Source of the DNA: Octopus bimaculoides
Lineage: Eukaryota
Direction of reading: 5' to 3'
Length of the DNA: 64,000 bases
Assembly (NCBI RefSeq): GCF_001194135.2
Contig: NC_068994.1
Span: forward strand, 35,425,731-35,489,730
Part shown: positions 38,786 to 52,527 of the stretch, in pieces
Layout: each line of letters opens with the position of its first letter
Position numbering within the stretch: the stretch's first letter is position 1
Notes under the pieces: generated by a model
The model's database searches: none
What the model saw: only the letters and a program-made list of their open reading frames with translations
What the model was told of the DNA's origin: nothing
Position numbers and translations under genes: made by a program

Positions 38786-41700
38786 GCAACACCTGTTTTT
38801 CTCATTCTCATATGTTGAAGTCTGGAGGAATTAATCCTAGCAGTGATTGACAGAAATGATTATGAAAACTTCAGCAATTGGTTCTATTCATTGAAATTGC
38901 ATGGGATAAATAAAATATTGATTACTTGGTGAAATACCATTATGACATACTCGGATATTTTTAAAAAGTTGTCTACGAAAGCAAAATCTTTTTTTAAAAT
39001 TTTATAAAAAAGATAAAAGAAAATGAATGTAAAGAAACCAACCATAATAATAAGCACCAAATTAAGTTAGCTGGTGAATAACAGAATACATTGAGATAGA
39101 TAGTAGAGATAGGATTTAAAATAACTACAAATATTGTTGCAGTACATATTTTTATTGACAGGATTCTTTGGTTGTCCCAGAGTGGTACTCTACCAGTTTT
39201 GGGAAATTTTATTTTCAATTTTCTTGTTAATTCGTATTGTTGTGTTTTTTGCACATGTATATTTAAATCTATATGTAAATCTCCTTTGCTCTTTGTCTTT
39301 GTTTTGTCCTGAAAAATTTTTTTTTTTCATTGCTCTTGAGGCCATTAAAAAATATACCATTATAATTGAGTAAGAGAGCAGCACACACCTTTTAGGGTCA
39401 ATAAAATATGTACCGGTTGAACATTGGAGTTGATGTAACTAACTTGCCCTCTCCCCTATCTTGCTGGCCTTGTGACAAAATTTGAAACTATAATTATTAT
39501 TATTTTCATATACACTCAAAAGATTAGACTGTTGGAGAAGAAAAGAATCCTAACATTGGGCTACAACAAGTAGCCTTAGATGCCAAGAACCTTCCTAAGT
39601 ATCCTAGCTATCCCTAATATCACTGTTTTCTGGAGTTGTACTAAACTGGGTTTTATGCTTATTTCCTCTATCCATTCATTCAGATCTTTAGGGATAGTTC
39701 CCAATGCACCTAGAACTACTGGGATACATTTTACTCGAATTTTCCACAGTCTCTATAATTCAATAGCTAGGTCCTGGTACTTTGCTATTTCTTCATCATT
39801 TGGGACTATAAAGTCAATTATCTGGCACTTTCTATTCTCTTTTTCTACGACTACCAAATCAGGCCTTCTAGCTTCTATTACTCTGTCAGTCTGACAGAGT
39901 AATAGAACTTTCCTTTCAGCAACCATAACCATCTCTCACTACTACTATTTGCTGCAACTATCTTTGAGAATCTACCATGCAACTCCTTCTCCTACCAGTC
40001 AGATAATTTCTGTTCTCTTTTCTAGATTTTAACTTTGTTGAGGGTTCCTATGTCTTGCTGTGACTTTAGCAGCTTTTAATGAACTTTCTTCACTTGTACC
40101 TACTTCGGAGTTTATATCTATTCTAGCTAACTCCATGCAGTCTTTTATTGATATTAACCCTCTTCTGCCTTCCTTTCTAGGTAGGTATAATCTTGCTAGT
40201 CCTCCATTTATATTGAATTCCTTCCTAGTTCTTTAGTCTAGCTTTGCTAATTCAGTTTTTGTCCAATCTACAAAAGCTGCTGAGTATCTAAGTAATGATA
40301 CTCCCCAAGTATTTACAGCCTTCACTAGATTTGGACCATTTAGCTTTGACTTCATTAGTTTCCTCACCCTTCTAATGTACTCCTTCTAAATTTTTGTTTT
40401 CATTTCTGTTGTTAGTATCTTGTCAGATTCTAATACTCCTAGATACTTATAACTCTCTCCTCCTTTCAATGATTTTAATGTCTGGCCATCTGGTAACTGA
40501 ATGCCTTCATTGTTGACTACCTGTCCCCTTCTCATGACTAATATTGCACACTTATCTATGCCAAATTCCATGCCTATATCTTTGCTAAAGAGTCTTACTG
40601 TCTCTATTAAAAGATCTATCTCTTTTTCATTCTTCCTAAAAAGCTTCAGATCATTCATGTAGAGCAAATGGTTTGTTTTTCCTTACTATTTATTAATTGA
40701 TGCCCTATCTTTGCCTTCCTTAATACTAAACTGAGGGTGATCAAACATAAGACAAATATTAAAAGGGACAGCGAGTCTCCCTGGAAAATCCCACTTTTGG
40801 CATTTATTATTATTAACATTGTTGTTATTATCATTATTGAGAGAGCAGTGTATGCCATCAAAGTGAGACTGTACAAATATATGAAGCCCAATATACCCAT
40901 CAGGACTATCTGTCTGATAAGGGTACACCAGGCACATGCATCACAGCCATATGTGCACAACATGGTGATCTCATATTAAGATAAACAGTGCATGTCCTTG
41001 TGGGTGGGACCCAATTAGAATTATCTTTGGGTTGAGGAGCCCATCCTATTCAAAAGACACCTGAAGAAGGGTTGTTTAAGGATGATGAATGAAACAATCA
41101 TGTTTCCAGGGGTGAATTATTCAAACACCCAAAGAATCTTTCTCAATGCATGGCTATGATGCTCCGTCACTACTCCTGCTCATGATCAGAGATGCACATA
41201 TTGTCAGCCACTAAGGGACATGCTCAAGTGGTTAAGGTCAAGCAAATTTGTGGAATTGAGCAGAATATTTGATATAACAATATTTCTGCGTCAGCAATTA
41301 AGTGCTGAATCTGTCTGAAATGTAATGGAAAGTAGGTCAGTTTCAAAACATTGATGTCCAGGTCACAAAAGCAAAGTTTGAAGGGAATAGTAGTGATTTC
41401 CTTCGATTCTGGATAGAAGCAAATAAAAAATAACACTTACTTATGAAAGACAAAAAAAATAAAAATTTTGTTACACAATGTTAGTTCTCTGCACCACCAA
41501 ATGCAGTTCTGTATGTTCTTCTTTCTTTTAACAAGATGTAACCTCAACAGAATTTCTGTTCATGGTTGAGGACATTTCTCTCTTTGTGTGCCATTAATTC
41601 TCCAGAGAAGAGCAGTGGCAGCAGAAGCATTGTTGCTGTCATCGTTATCATCACCACCATTTACTTTTCCATGCTTGCATGAGTTGGAACTACTTTCTAT

Positions 41701-43290
41701 AGCCAGATGCCTTCCTGTTCTCAACTCATGCCTGCTTAAAACAAAGGTGATATTTCCCCATAGCTGGACATATTTTGATGGCAGACTGGAAACAAGGAAT
41801 TCCACTTGCATGATGACAATGCTCATTTATAATTATTCCATGATGTCAAGAAAAGGAAACGTCAGCATGCACGCATGTGTGCACACACACATACACATAC
41901 ACACTACTTCCAATTCAACTCCCAAGCTTTGGTTAGTCTGAAGCTATTGTGGAAGACACTTGTCAAAGATACCACAAATTGTGACTGAACTCAAAACCCT
42001 GTGGTCAGAAAGGGTATTTCTTAACCATATAGCCATGCCTGTGACTAAAAGCATAAACATTACAATTTCCTATCTTTGAAATACAGGGACTTAATCATCT
42101 AGTCAAAAAGTATTTTGCACCTTGAAACAATGATTATGAATGATTTCTGACATTGATGTATGATTATAACTTATCCACGAGTGAGTAGACCCTGGCTTTA
42201 GTTAACCCACAGTTTGACTGAAATCTGCATGTCCCAATGAGGGAACTTATACATAACTACTTGGCCTGCTAGAAATCATACTCACTTAAATTATTTCCTA
42301 CTGTCTTAGAAAAGACACATTGGATAATAGTATCCTAACTTTCCTGCAGATAGGCACAGTTGTAGCTTTGTGGTAAGAAGTATGATTCTCAACTTATATG
42401 GTCCCTGGTTCTGTCCCACTGCATGGAATTACTTCTTTCTTTAATGCACATGGAAGATCTGAAAGAAATACCACTGAGCATATTGTCCAATGCACTAACA
42501 ATTCTGCTAACTTGCATGAACAATTACAAATAATAATAATACTTATTCAATTCCTGTGATCCTGAAATTATGAAAAAGACAAAGTTGGTAGGAATTGGAT
42601 GCCAAACTAAATGGGGACAGCACTTTATTAATTCTTACATCCTGCTAAAATTGGTAAGAAAATAATGGCTGCCTTTGTTAAAGGAAGAAAAAAGAAAAAG
42701 ATTCATAGTTATTAACAATATGTAATCATAAACTGAAATATATTTTCTCAGAAAAAAAACTATTTACATTGGTATTTTTTCATATTCATACTATTGAGGA
42801 CGCTGCCCCCTAACCCTCCCAGGAATGAGTGGGTAAAGATGAGATGAGAGATATTCCTACTGTAAATTAAAGGTCTGCTTTCACCTAGTGTGATTTGATG
42901 ACTTATTTTTGATACCAGCTAGTTGGAGCTATTTCTCTGCAATTACTTCAATATTGTTCTTGGAAAAGAATGAATAGTGCAACACCTGATTTTCTCAGCC
43001 TCATATATTGAAGTTTTAGAGGAATTAATCCTAAGAGTGACAGAAAGGATTACGAAAACTCCAGCAATTGGCTCTATTCATCGCAACTGCATGTGATAAA
43101 TAAAATATTGATTACTTGGTGAAATACCATTATGACATATACTGATAGTTTTAAAAAGATGTCCCTCAAAGCAAAATCTTTCAACAAATTTTCAAAAAGT
43201 GAATAAAATAATGAACATTGATTTAAGTATGTTGGTGGGTGACAGAATAAATTATTTGAGACAGACAGTAGAGTGGAATTTAAAAGAAAA
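38786..43290 (+). repeat. Pair of diverged direct repeats of about 320 bp (38786-39125 and 42979-43290)
   Basis: Shared blocks such as GATAAATAAAATATTGATTACTTGGTGAAATACCATTATGACATA and GAGGAATTAATCCTA. Confidence 0.8.
39490..40838 (-). mobile_element. 5'-truncated, internally deleted R4/Dong-like non-LTR retrotransposon (RT + restriction-like endonuclease)
   Basis: RT motifs GIFQGDSLS, LYMNDLKLF, GMEFGIDKCA, YKYLG (40386-40805). RLE region RVIEARRPDLVVVEKENKKCQIIDF...KYQDLAIEL...VVLGALG (about 39575-39900). Both ends lie in (TAA)n. Confidence 0.88.
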
Positions 43291-45074
43291 TTTAAAAAGC
43301 ATGAATGCTATTAGTGAGGAACACATTTATTTAAAAATATGGTAAAAATGAGAGTATATTGCATGGAAATTTTTTATGGTATCCTGAAAATTGTCAAGTT
43401 ATCCCTCAAACCATTTTTGCATTTAATTCTAATAAAAGCTCTGTGATTCTAATCTACTTTTTTATATATGTTTTTTACATCCATGGCTTCATTTTAATTT
43501 TATTTTTTTTTTTGTGTTAAGACCATCCTCATTTAAATATATTCCAACACAGTTCATTATGCCAGCTCAGTTTGGTGTAATCTGTGGCAACGAACTTTTG
43601 TTGCTTCTAATCCAACCATACCTTCCAGGATCAGAGAAAGAGTGAGATGTACTTTTCTTTAATGGTGTTGGCATTAGTCTCTTCAAAAATATGGCAAGTG
43701 CATTAAAGCAAGAAGTAATCCCCTTTCTCCACACTCAATTCATGATGCAACTCTCAATTCCAAGTTGAAGTTAATTTATATCTCTTGTACTATTGATGGC
43801 TCTTGGGTAACATATTAGCATCAGTTCATTTCATTATATTCTTCTATAACATTTTTCTCTCTTTCTGCTGAAGTAAGATATTTATATATTATATTGCAAG
43901 TAAAAGAAAATGTGGATGCCATGAGTTTCAGCACAGGCAATCCATTGACTCAAATAAAAACACACTGTAAGAAATTTATATTATATCATAAGTGGGATAG
44001 AATATGAACACTACAAGTCCACGACGCAGGTAGCCCATCAAGGAGAGTGATAACTTAAATAAAAACTGATATAGAGTAAGGGGAATTCATTAGTCCTGAT
44101 GCTACTTCTCTCATGCTGGTGGTACAGTAAAATATGCATAGTCCATGCTGTAAATAGATTAGTGATAAGAAGGGTAGTCAGCTGTAAAACCAAAATGTAT
44201 CACAATATAAAAGACAGGCAGTATTTTGGTTATTGTTGTTGTTCCTGTATGTGTCAGATTATGAAGAACCACAATATGTAATGAGATGCTAAGACTTGTC
44301 CAACCCATTCCACTGTGGAGTAAAAACACAGAAATAAAACCAAAACATGTCAAATAATCTTTTCTTTTCTACTCTAGGCAAAAAGCCTGAAATTTTTGGA
44401 GAGGTGGCCAGACAATTAGATCAACCCCAGTACCCAGTACACAACTGGTACTTAATTTATCGATCCTGAAAGGATGAAAGGCAAAGTCAAAGGCAGAATT
44501 TGAACTCAGAATGTAAAGACAAATGAAATACCACTAAGCATTTCGCTCAGCATGTTAACATTTCTTCCAGCTCACTGCCTTCAAAACATGTAAAATAATG
44601 ATATTAATGATGATGATGACAATGGCAACAATGACAGCGATGATGATGACAATAATGGCTTCTGCACTGTTTCTTCTTACCAAATTTCATACATGAGGTA
44701 TTGATCAACCTGAGGTTATGGTTAAAGCCACTAACTCAAAATGCCACACATTGATATCCAACCCCAAGAAACCTATGACTATAGTTTTTTAGCATTTAAA
44801 CCAGCCATATCTGACTGAAATATTCTTCCTGTTTCATGTTCAAACTGTCCAGATCCAGCCTCTCATACCTACCCTACAATGTCATTCTAAAAATAAACTA
44901 TCAGATCATAAGAATTTTGAAGCTACAACACAATGCGTGGTTAATTCATAACAATGTGAATAAATATGCCTTACCTTTGACAGAATAGAATAATCTAAAT
45001 ACTAAAAGGCTAAACTATGTGATTCAAGATTCTTAAATTCACATTAAATCTTCTTACCCTATATATCTTTCTTT

Positions 45075-45428
45075 TTTTATCTTTTTACTTGTTTCAGTCA
45101 CTGGATTGCAGCCATGCTGGGATACTGTCTTGAAGCGTTTAGTTGAGCAAATTGAACCCAGAACTTATTTTTCTTTTCAGGTCTTGTACTTACACTACCG
45201 AACGACTAAGTTACAGGGGGCAAACAAAACAACACAAACATGTAAACATGCAGATATATTTATATATATAATGGGCTTCCACACAGTTTCCATCTACCAG
45301 ATTCAGTCACAAGATATTGATTGATCCAGAGTTACAGAAGAAGACACTTGGTCAACATGTCACATGGTGGGACTGAACCTGAAATCATGTAGTTGCAATC
45401 AAGCTTCTTAACTACACAGCTATGCCTT
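45075..45428 (-). mobile_element. SINE family A (diverged)
   Basis: Homologous to 22611-23006. Confidence 0.75.
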
Positions 45429-46633
45429 GTAGAAATCTGTATCATTCTACATACAGAAGAAATAATCAGTATTAACCCCCAAAATAAGATGGTGAATAGA
45501 CAGAACTATTAGCAAGCCAGCAAAACGATTAGCAGCATTTCGTCCTTTACATCCTGAGTTCAAATTCTGCCAATGTTGACTTTGCTTTCATCATTTTGAA
45601 GTCAATAAAATAAAAACCAGCTGAGCACTAGGGTCGATGTAATCGACTTATCTTCTCCCCACCCCCAGACTACTAGCCTTGTGCCCAAATTAGAAATCAA
45701 TATTAATCCCTAAAATGGAGCTGTACTCATAACAAGACAGCTATCTATTTTTGGCACCTTATTCATATTTACTTATCTATTCATCTTTTATATTTAACTT
45801 GTTACACTCATTGGACTGTAGCTATGCTTAGGCATCACCTTGAAGAGTTTAGCTGAAGAAATTGACACCAGAACTTATTCTATTGGTCTTTTTTGCCAAA
45901 CCGCTAGTGTTATGGGAATGTAAACACCAACACCAGTTGTCAAGTGGTGGATGGGAAAAATACAATGAAGTGCACACACACACACACGCACGTATGTATG
46001 TATATATGTATATATNNNNNNNNNNNNNNNNNNNNNNNNNNNNNNNNNNNNNNNNNNNNNNNNNNNNNNNNNNNNNNNNNNNNNNNNNNNNNNNNNNNNN
46101 NNNNNNNNNNNNNNNNNNNNNNNNNNNNNNNNNNNNNNNNNNNNNNNNNNNNNNNNNNNNNNNNNNNNNNNNNNNNNNNNNNNNNNNNNNNNNNNNNNNN
46201 NNNNNNNNNNNNNNNNNNNNNNNNNNNNNNNNNNNNNNNNNNNNNNNNNNNNNNNNNNNNNNNNNNNNNNNNNNNNNNNNNNNNNNNNNNNNNNNNNNNN
46301 NNNNNNNNNNNNNNNNNNNNNNNNNNNNNNNNNNNNNNNNNNNNNNNNNNNNNNNNNNNNNNNNNNNNNNNNNNNNNNNNNNNNNNNNNNNNNNNNNNNN
46401 NNNNNNNNNNNNNNNNNNNNNNNNNNNNNNNNNNNNNNNNNNNNNNNNNNNNNNNNNNNNNNNNNNNNNNNNNNNNNNNNNNNNNNNNNNNNNNNNNNNN
46501 NNNNNNNNNNNNNNNNNNNNNNNNNNNNNNNNNNNNNNNNNNNNNNNNNNNNNNNNNNNNNNNNNNNNNNNNNNNNNNNNNNNNNNNNNNNNNNNNNNNN
46601 NNNNNNNNNNNNNNNNNNNNNNNNNNNNNNNNN

Positions 46634-46675
<42 letters not shown>

Positions 46676-49054
46676 ACACACATGTTTATGTAAATATACA
46701 TATGTATATACTTGGATATATATATGCATACACATATGTATATGTAGGTAAATATAGATATATGCATACACACACAGATATATATACACTCACACACATA
46801 CATATACATCCTGTCTTTTTTTTTTACTGATATTGTATATTTAGGATTACATAATCTAATGTGTCCTTTCTCTTAAACAGCAGTATAATTTAGAGGGAAA
46901 TTAGTTGCTATTTCTAACAAGGCAAATAACCATCAAATTAAGGGCCCAGTGTTAGCTTGAATAGGTATCAGTAATATATTCAATCAACTATAATAATTGC
47001 TCTTTAAAAAGTTGAAAGAAAGCCAAAAAAAAAAAAAAGAAAGTATTGGCTTTGTAATAATTGTTTTGAAAGATATCAATTTTATTCCCTAAAACAATAT
47101 TTTGTTCCTGACATAGCTTTAAGTGGTGAAACTAAAGTGGTGACAGCAGGTCTTTTAATACAATTTTTATTTCAATTTTCATTCTTCAATTTAAAATTTT
47201 TTTTCTTCTTTTTTTTTACCATTTCAAATTTAAATCAGTCAAAAAGAAAGACTGAAATGCAAAAAAATGAAAATTTTAAGTAAAAGGAGAAATAACAAAA
47301 TGAAACAGTGAAAAAATATATACATTACACAAATTGATTATTATTATTATTATTATTATTATTGTTGTTGTTGTTGTTGTCGTCATTATTATTATCATTA
47401 TTATTAAGGATTTGGTTGTTCAGGACACTGAAGAAAACTGTTAACATTTGGCCTGCTATAAATGGATATTGCTATCTTCCAAATCTCAACATTTTTAATG
47501 CTTGTGAAAGAAACAAAACAAAGCAATAAATATATAAAGTATAAGATAAAGAAATAAAATTTTTTAGAAAAATAAAAGAATGAAAAAATGGAATATGGTG
47601 TCAATTTCTTCCCCAAAAAGTGTCGCCACTTTTATGGAAATTGCACACACAACTGAAAAATGAAATCACCTGTCTGCTGCAGCTGTTAAGAGCGAGCATT
47701 TTTTGAAAGATAAAGATAGGAATACATTAGCTGGTAATTATTAAGTGGAGGCAAAATGCAAAACAGTAACACCATGGCACATTGTTGTTGTTTTTATTTT
47801 TATTATTAGCATTATTAATAATAATGATAATAATAATAATAACAGTGATTAGGCCTTAGGGGTCTGTATATGCAATACAGAATGTATTATACAAAAACAG
47901 TTACAAAGTGGGTGAGGATGTACACATACATATTTTAAATGGGAGGATGGGTGTAGGGAATGTGATACACTATATCAAATCTGGTTAAAAATGTGGCAAA
48001 TGAGATGTTTTCACATAAGGGCAGCCTATCCCATATAAAGGGTAAGGAGCTACCACACTTCAGTAGGATTAAGACATCTTTGTGATTCTGACCATCTCCT
48101 GCTCTGATCACCTTCTGTGAACTGACTCCTCCAAATTTATCTGTGAGCATCTTAAAGTTTAGGAAACTGTGAAGTCTCTCGTAACCCCTGAGAACTGGTT
48201 CATTTGTCATATGTAGACTTGCTGTGTTAATTTTACCAACAGCCTCTCAATTTTATGTTTTCTCTGTAAAAATCAACAAAATATTCCACACTTTCTCTTG
48301 TGCTGATTCAGCATTTATGTTAGATTTTTGGTGTTGATTCTGACTATCCCCTGCAGTTTTCCGCCACAACAATGTAGTAGAACACTGCTGCTTGCAGCCT
48401 CTGATCACTCCTCTGCTGAAAGAGAAAACTACTTAGCTTTTCAGTGTCCTATCACAGTAGTAGCCCTGGATGCTGATGATACTGAGGATGAGGCAGTGTC
48501 ATTTCCTTCCACTTGAGCTATACTTGGAACTGCAATTAGCAGTGCTTTATAAACGGCAATATCAGCATCCATGGCCTTCATCTCTTAGGATTGCTGTTTT
48601 TACTGTTGTCTGCTGCTCTTGTTCTTTTTTCTTCTTTAGGACAGAAGACCCTTTACTCTCACACATATAAAAACTGTACCTTTAGCCCAGCCCCAACAGC
48701 CTAATTAACATGTCCTTCACTCAATGGGATGGAGATCCAGGATTATTTTATGGTCTTCTGTGGTCATCAGGACCTGGATTATAATACTGACCCCCATCTT
48801 ACCATATATCATTCTTGGCCACCCCCGTATCATCACCTGACTATATCACAAAGCTAATGACCAGCATGATTCAATGTCATTACCAGGATATCTAGCTGTG
48901 ACCTTTGTATTTCTTACCCCCAATTAGTCACCAGTTCACACTATCTCCTTGCTTCAGCTCTGATTTGAAAAACTAAGTGTGTACTTCCATATACCATGCC
49001 CATTGACTAGAGTTCACTCATCAGCCAGAGCTTCCTCTTCTCGTTCAAAAGTAT

Positions 49055-49270
49055 TCTTTCTTTCTTTCTTTCTTTTATTTGTTTCAGTCATTTGACTGTG
49101 GCTATGCTGGAGCACCACCTTTAGTCGACCAAATCGACCCCAGGACTTATTCTTTGTAAGCCTAGTACTTATTCTATTGGTCTCTCTTGCCAAACCACTA
49201 AGTGACGGGGATGTAAACACACCAGCATTGGTTGTCAAGCGATGTTGTGGGGACAAACACAGACACATAA

Positions 49271-49306
<36 letters not shown>

Positions 49307-49453
49307 GGCTTCTTTCAGTTTCCATCTACCAAATCCACTCACAAGGCTTTTGTCGGCCCGAGGCTATAGTAGAAGACATTTTCCCAAGGTGCCACACAGT
49401 GGGACTGAACCCAGAACCATGTGGTTGGTAAGCAAGCTACTTACCATACAGCC
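49055..49453 (-). mobile_element. SINE family A, well-preserved copy
   Basis: Highly similar to 22611-23006. Confidence 0.85.
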
Positions 49454-49854
49454 TTCCTTTTTAAATATGTCATCTTTCACTTTGCTTTTACTGATTAATA
49501 TTTTGAATAAGGAAGTCTTCCTTGCTCCTTTCTTTTCTCCCTGGAACTAACATCAACAAACAGTTTCTTTTGGTTTGCAATATTTGCAAAAGATGAGCTA
49601 CTGTTGTTGTTAGTAATGATTTTGTTAGTATCACGTATGTCTCAGTTTTTGTTTGCAGCTATGCTATTAGTATGTTTCTTTCTGTTTGTTTGTTTTTTTT
49701 TGTCACTTTTTCCATCTATCTTTAAATCCATTTATGTGATTTTTAAAAAACTCTGGAGCATATTCACTGTTTCCATCTTTGTGGTTAGCTCATCATTCCA
49801 CTACACCAGAGTGGGGTTCCACAAATAAATAAACCAAAATGGATGTTCACAAAA

Positions 49855-50340
49855 AGCATGGTTGTGTGGTAAAGATGTTGGTCCCCAACTACATAGTTCT
49901 GAGTTCAATCTTACTGCATAGCATCTAGAGCATCTTCTACTATAGCCCTACTTACTAACCAAAGCCTTGTGGGCAGATTTGCTTGATGGAAACTGAAAGA
50001 AGCCCGTCGTGTGTGTGTGTGTGAGCATGTATACCTATATATATATATTATATATAGATGTATTTATAGATATATATCAGTATATATATATATATATATA
50101 AGTATATGTATTTATCTATATGCTTGTGTTGTGTATATGCTCACCACCACCACTTGGCAACTGCTATTGGTTTGTTTATGTCCCTATTACCTAGCAGCTC
50201 AACAAAAGAAATCAATAGAATAAGTAATTGACTTCTAAAAACTTCTGCTGTTGAGTTGTTTGACTAAAGCCTTTATAGCATGCCCCAGCTTGGCTGCAGT
50301 TCAAAGACTGAAAGAAGTAAAGGATAAAAAATAGAATAAA
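49855..50340 (+). mobile_element. SINE family A
   Basis: Same family, opposite orientation to 49055-49453. Confidence 0.8.
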
Positions 50341-52224
50341 GTCTAAGACAATCCTTGGTTTTCTATTTCAGAGTAATGGGAAAGATGCTGAAATGTTTCA
50401 AAGTTCTTTATGGTAAAATAATTTTTTTTCATTTTCCCTCTGGAAGAAAATGTCTTCTAAATAAAACTCTGTGAAACATGACCATTTACAGCAAACAACA
50501 ACAATGAATATGATAATGACAATGTTGATGATTATAATGATGATGATAATTATAATAACAGAAATCATTTTTAACATTTTTGAAATTGAAAATTACCTGC
50601 AACTATCAAATATTAACTCTTAAGCATTCAGATTACTCTGCCAAATGTAATGCAAAGCATATTTATTCAATTTGTTTTTAATCAATCCGGCATTATCCCA
50701 AAGCTTCAAGATTTCAGTGATGTGAATGCTTATTTTTAGAATGACATTATAGGGTATGTGTGAGAAGTTAGATCTGGCCATAAAGTAAAAGTATAATATG
50801 CAGGCCTGATGTAGTTGGTGCAAATGCTGCAGGGTCGAACGTGTGTTTTATTTAGCACACTGGCTGAAGCATCAGTTTGAATATTCATACTGCAATTATT
50901 CATGATAGACAGGGAAAAATGGGACTCTGCAAGCTGTATATGGTAATTAGTTTAATCATGAGCTCCAATAAAGGTAGTTATACCTTTCCTTTCTTGTCCG
51001 CCATGTCAGGAATTATAATAAAGAAACATTTTCGTAATGTTTCTCATATTCTCATAAAAGAAGGGTAATAAAAGTCCATTCTGATGCAGGCATAATGGCT
51101 AAGTCTCTCTTTTGAGGATACCTTCCTCTCTTCTTCTTAAGACCCTAGAAGGAAACATATGTGCTGCCTTTTTATTCTGCCTATCTATCCATCCATCCAC
51201 CCAGTTTTTCTGCCCACTCTGTCTGGGAAGGTTGTGCAGGTAAAGTCCTTAGGTATCTTCTTCAAAGGTCCTACCAGAAGCAAAATATCATTGCACTTTA
51301 CTATTTCCCAAGCATGACCAACTGAAATTGGATATTATCCACCTGTCTCCTTCTTGGTTTAACCTGGGGGTTAATTGTTTTAGGTGCCTCTATGATTGAG
51401 AGCAATAACAGGCACCTTCTCTGCCTCACTCTCAATTCATTGGAACATCCAGGATGTGACAACTGATGTGTGTGCGAGAGAGAGAGAGAGAGAGAGTTGC
51501 TCCAGCATCTTGGCTGGTATTCATTACAGATGGAGCAATATCTAATAAAGCACCTTCCTCAAGAACAACATGCTGCTTTGTCCAAGAACTGAGCCCACAA
51601 ATACCCTAATTATTAGGCCATATGCCTTTGTAAAAAGATGTACCTGATGCTTAAAAATAATGGAAAAAAAAAGAACACAAAGAAAGCATTACTGGTTATA
51701 ACAGAAACTTCAAATAACTTGAATATTCGTTTTGACAAGCAGATGCCAAAACTACATAGTTGCTTCTTTTGTTTTGTTTTTGCTTTATATGATTATTATT
51801 GTTAAAGTTGTGGGCTGGGAAAACTGTTTGCACACTGGAAAAAATGCTTAGTAGCATTTTGTCTGTCTTTATATTCTGAACTCAGACTTCACTGAGGTCA
51901 ACTTTGTCTTTCTTCCTTTTTGGGTTAATAAAATAAGTTCCAGTCTGGGACTGATGTAATCGATTTCCTCCACTCAAAAAAAAACTGCTGGCCCTGTCTG
52001 CACTAAAATTTGAAATCATTATTATTATTATTATTATTATTATTGTGTTTTGTCAGGTTTAATTTGTACAAGCTGCACCCAAATATCAGTCTGAGTTGTC
52101 AATGGAAAACAAATTTTTTTGCATCTAAAGATGCATTCAGGTGACATGCCATGCAATTGAAAAATTAATATTGGTGTGTTATAAAACTTAAAAAGAAACG
52201 AATTCCTTCATAATAATAATAATA

Positions 52225-52257
<33 letters not shown>

Positions 52258-52527
52258 ATTATTATTATTATTATTTATGAAGATTGACATAACTCTGCAT
52301 GAGCATGAAGGCAAAATACACAATAAGAAGAGTACGATACAATTTGTAATAAGTAAAGATTGACTCTGTTTATCGGATTGAACAATATTTCAACATTCAA
52401 CATTCACTTCAATAAGCTGATTCAGTCTCTTTTACAAATTGTATCATATTCTTCTTATTGTGTAAGGATAATAATAAATATGATTATTATTATTATTATT
52501 TTTAAGAATGTCTTTAAAGATAAATAC

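Noticed and set aside
52444-52527. Last 27 codons of the 833-aa ORF as the main C-terminus
   Set aside because: They follow a good phase-0 donor and run into an (AAT)n repeat; kept only as a possible minor isoform.
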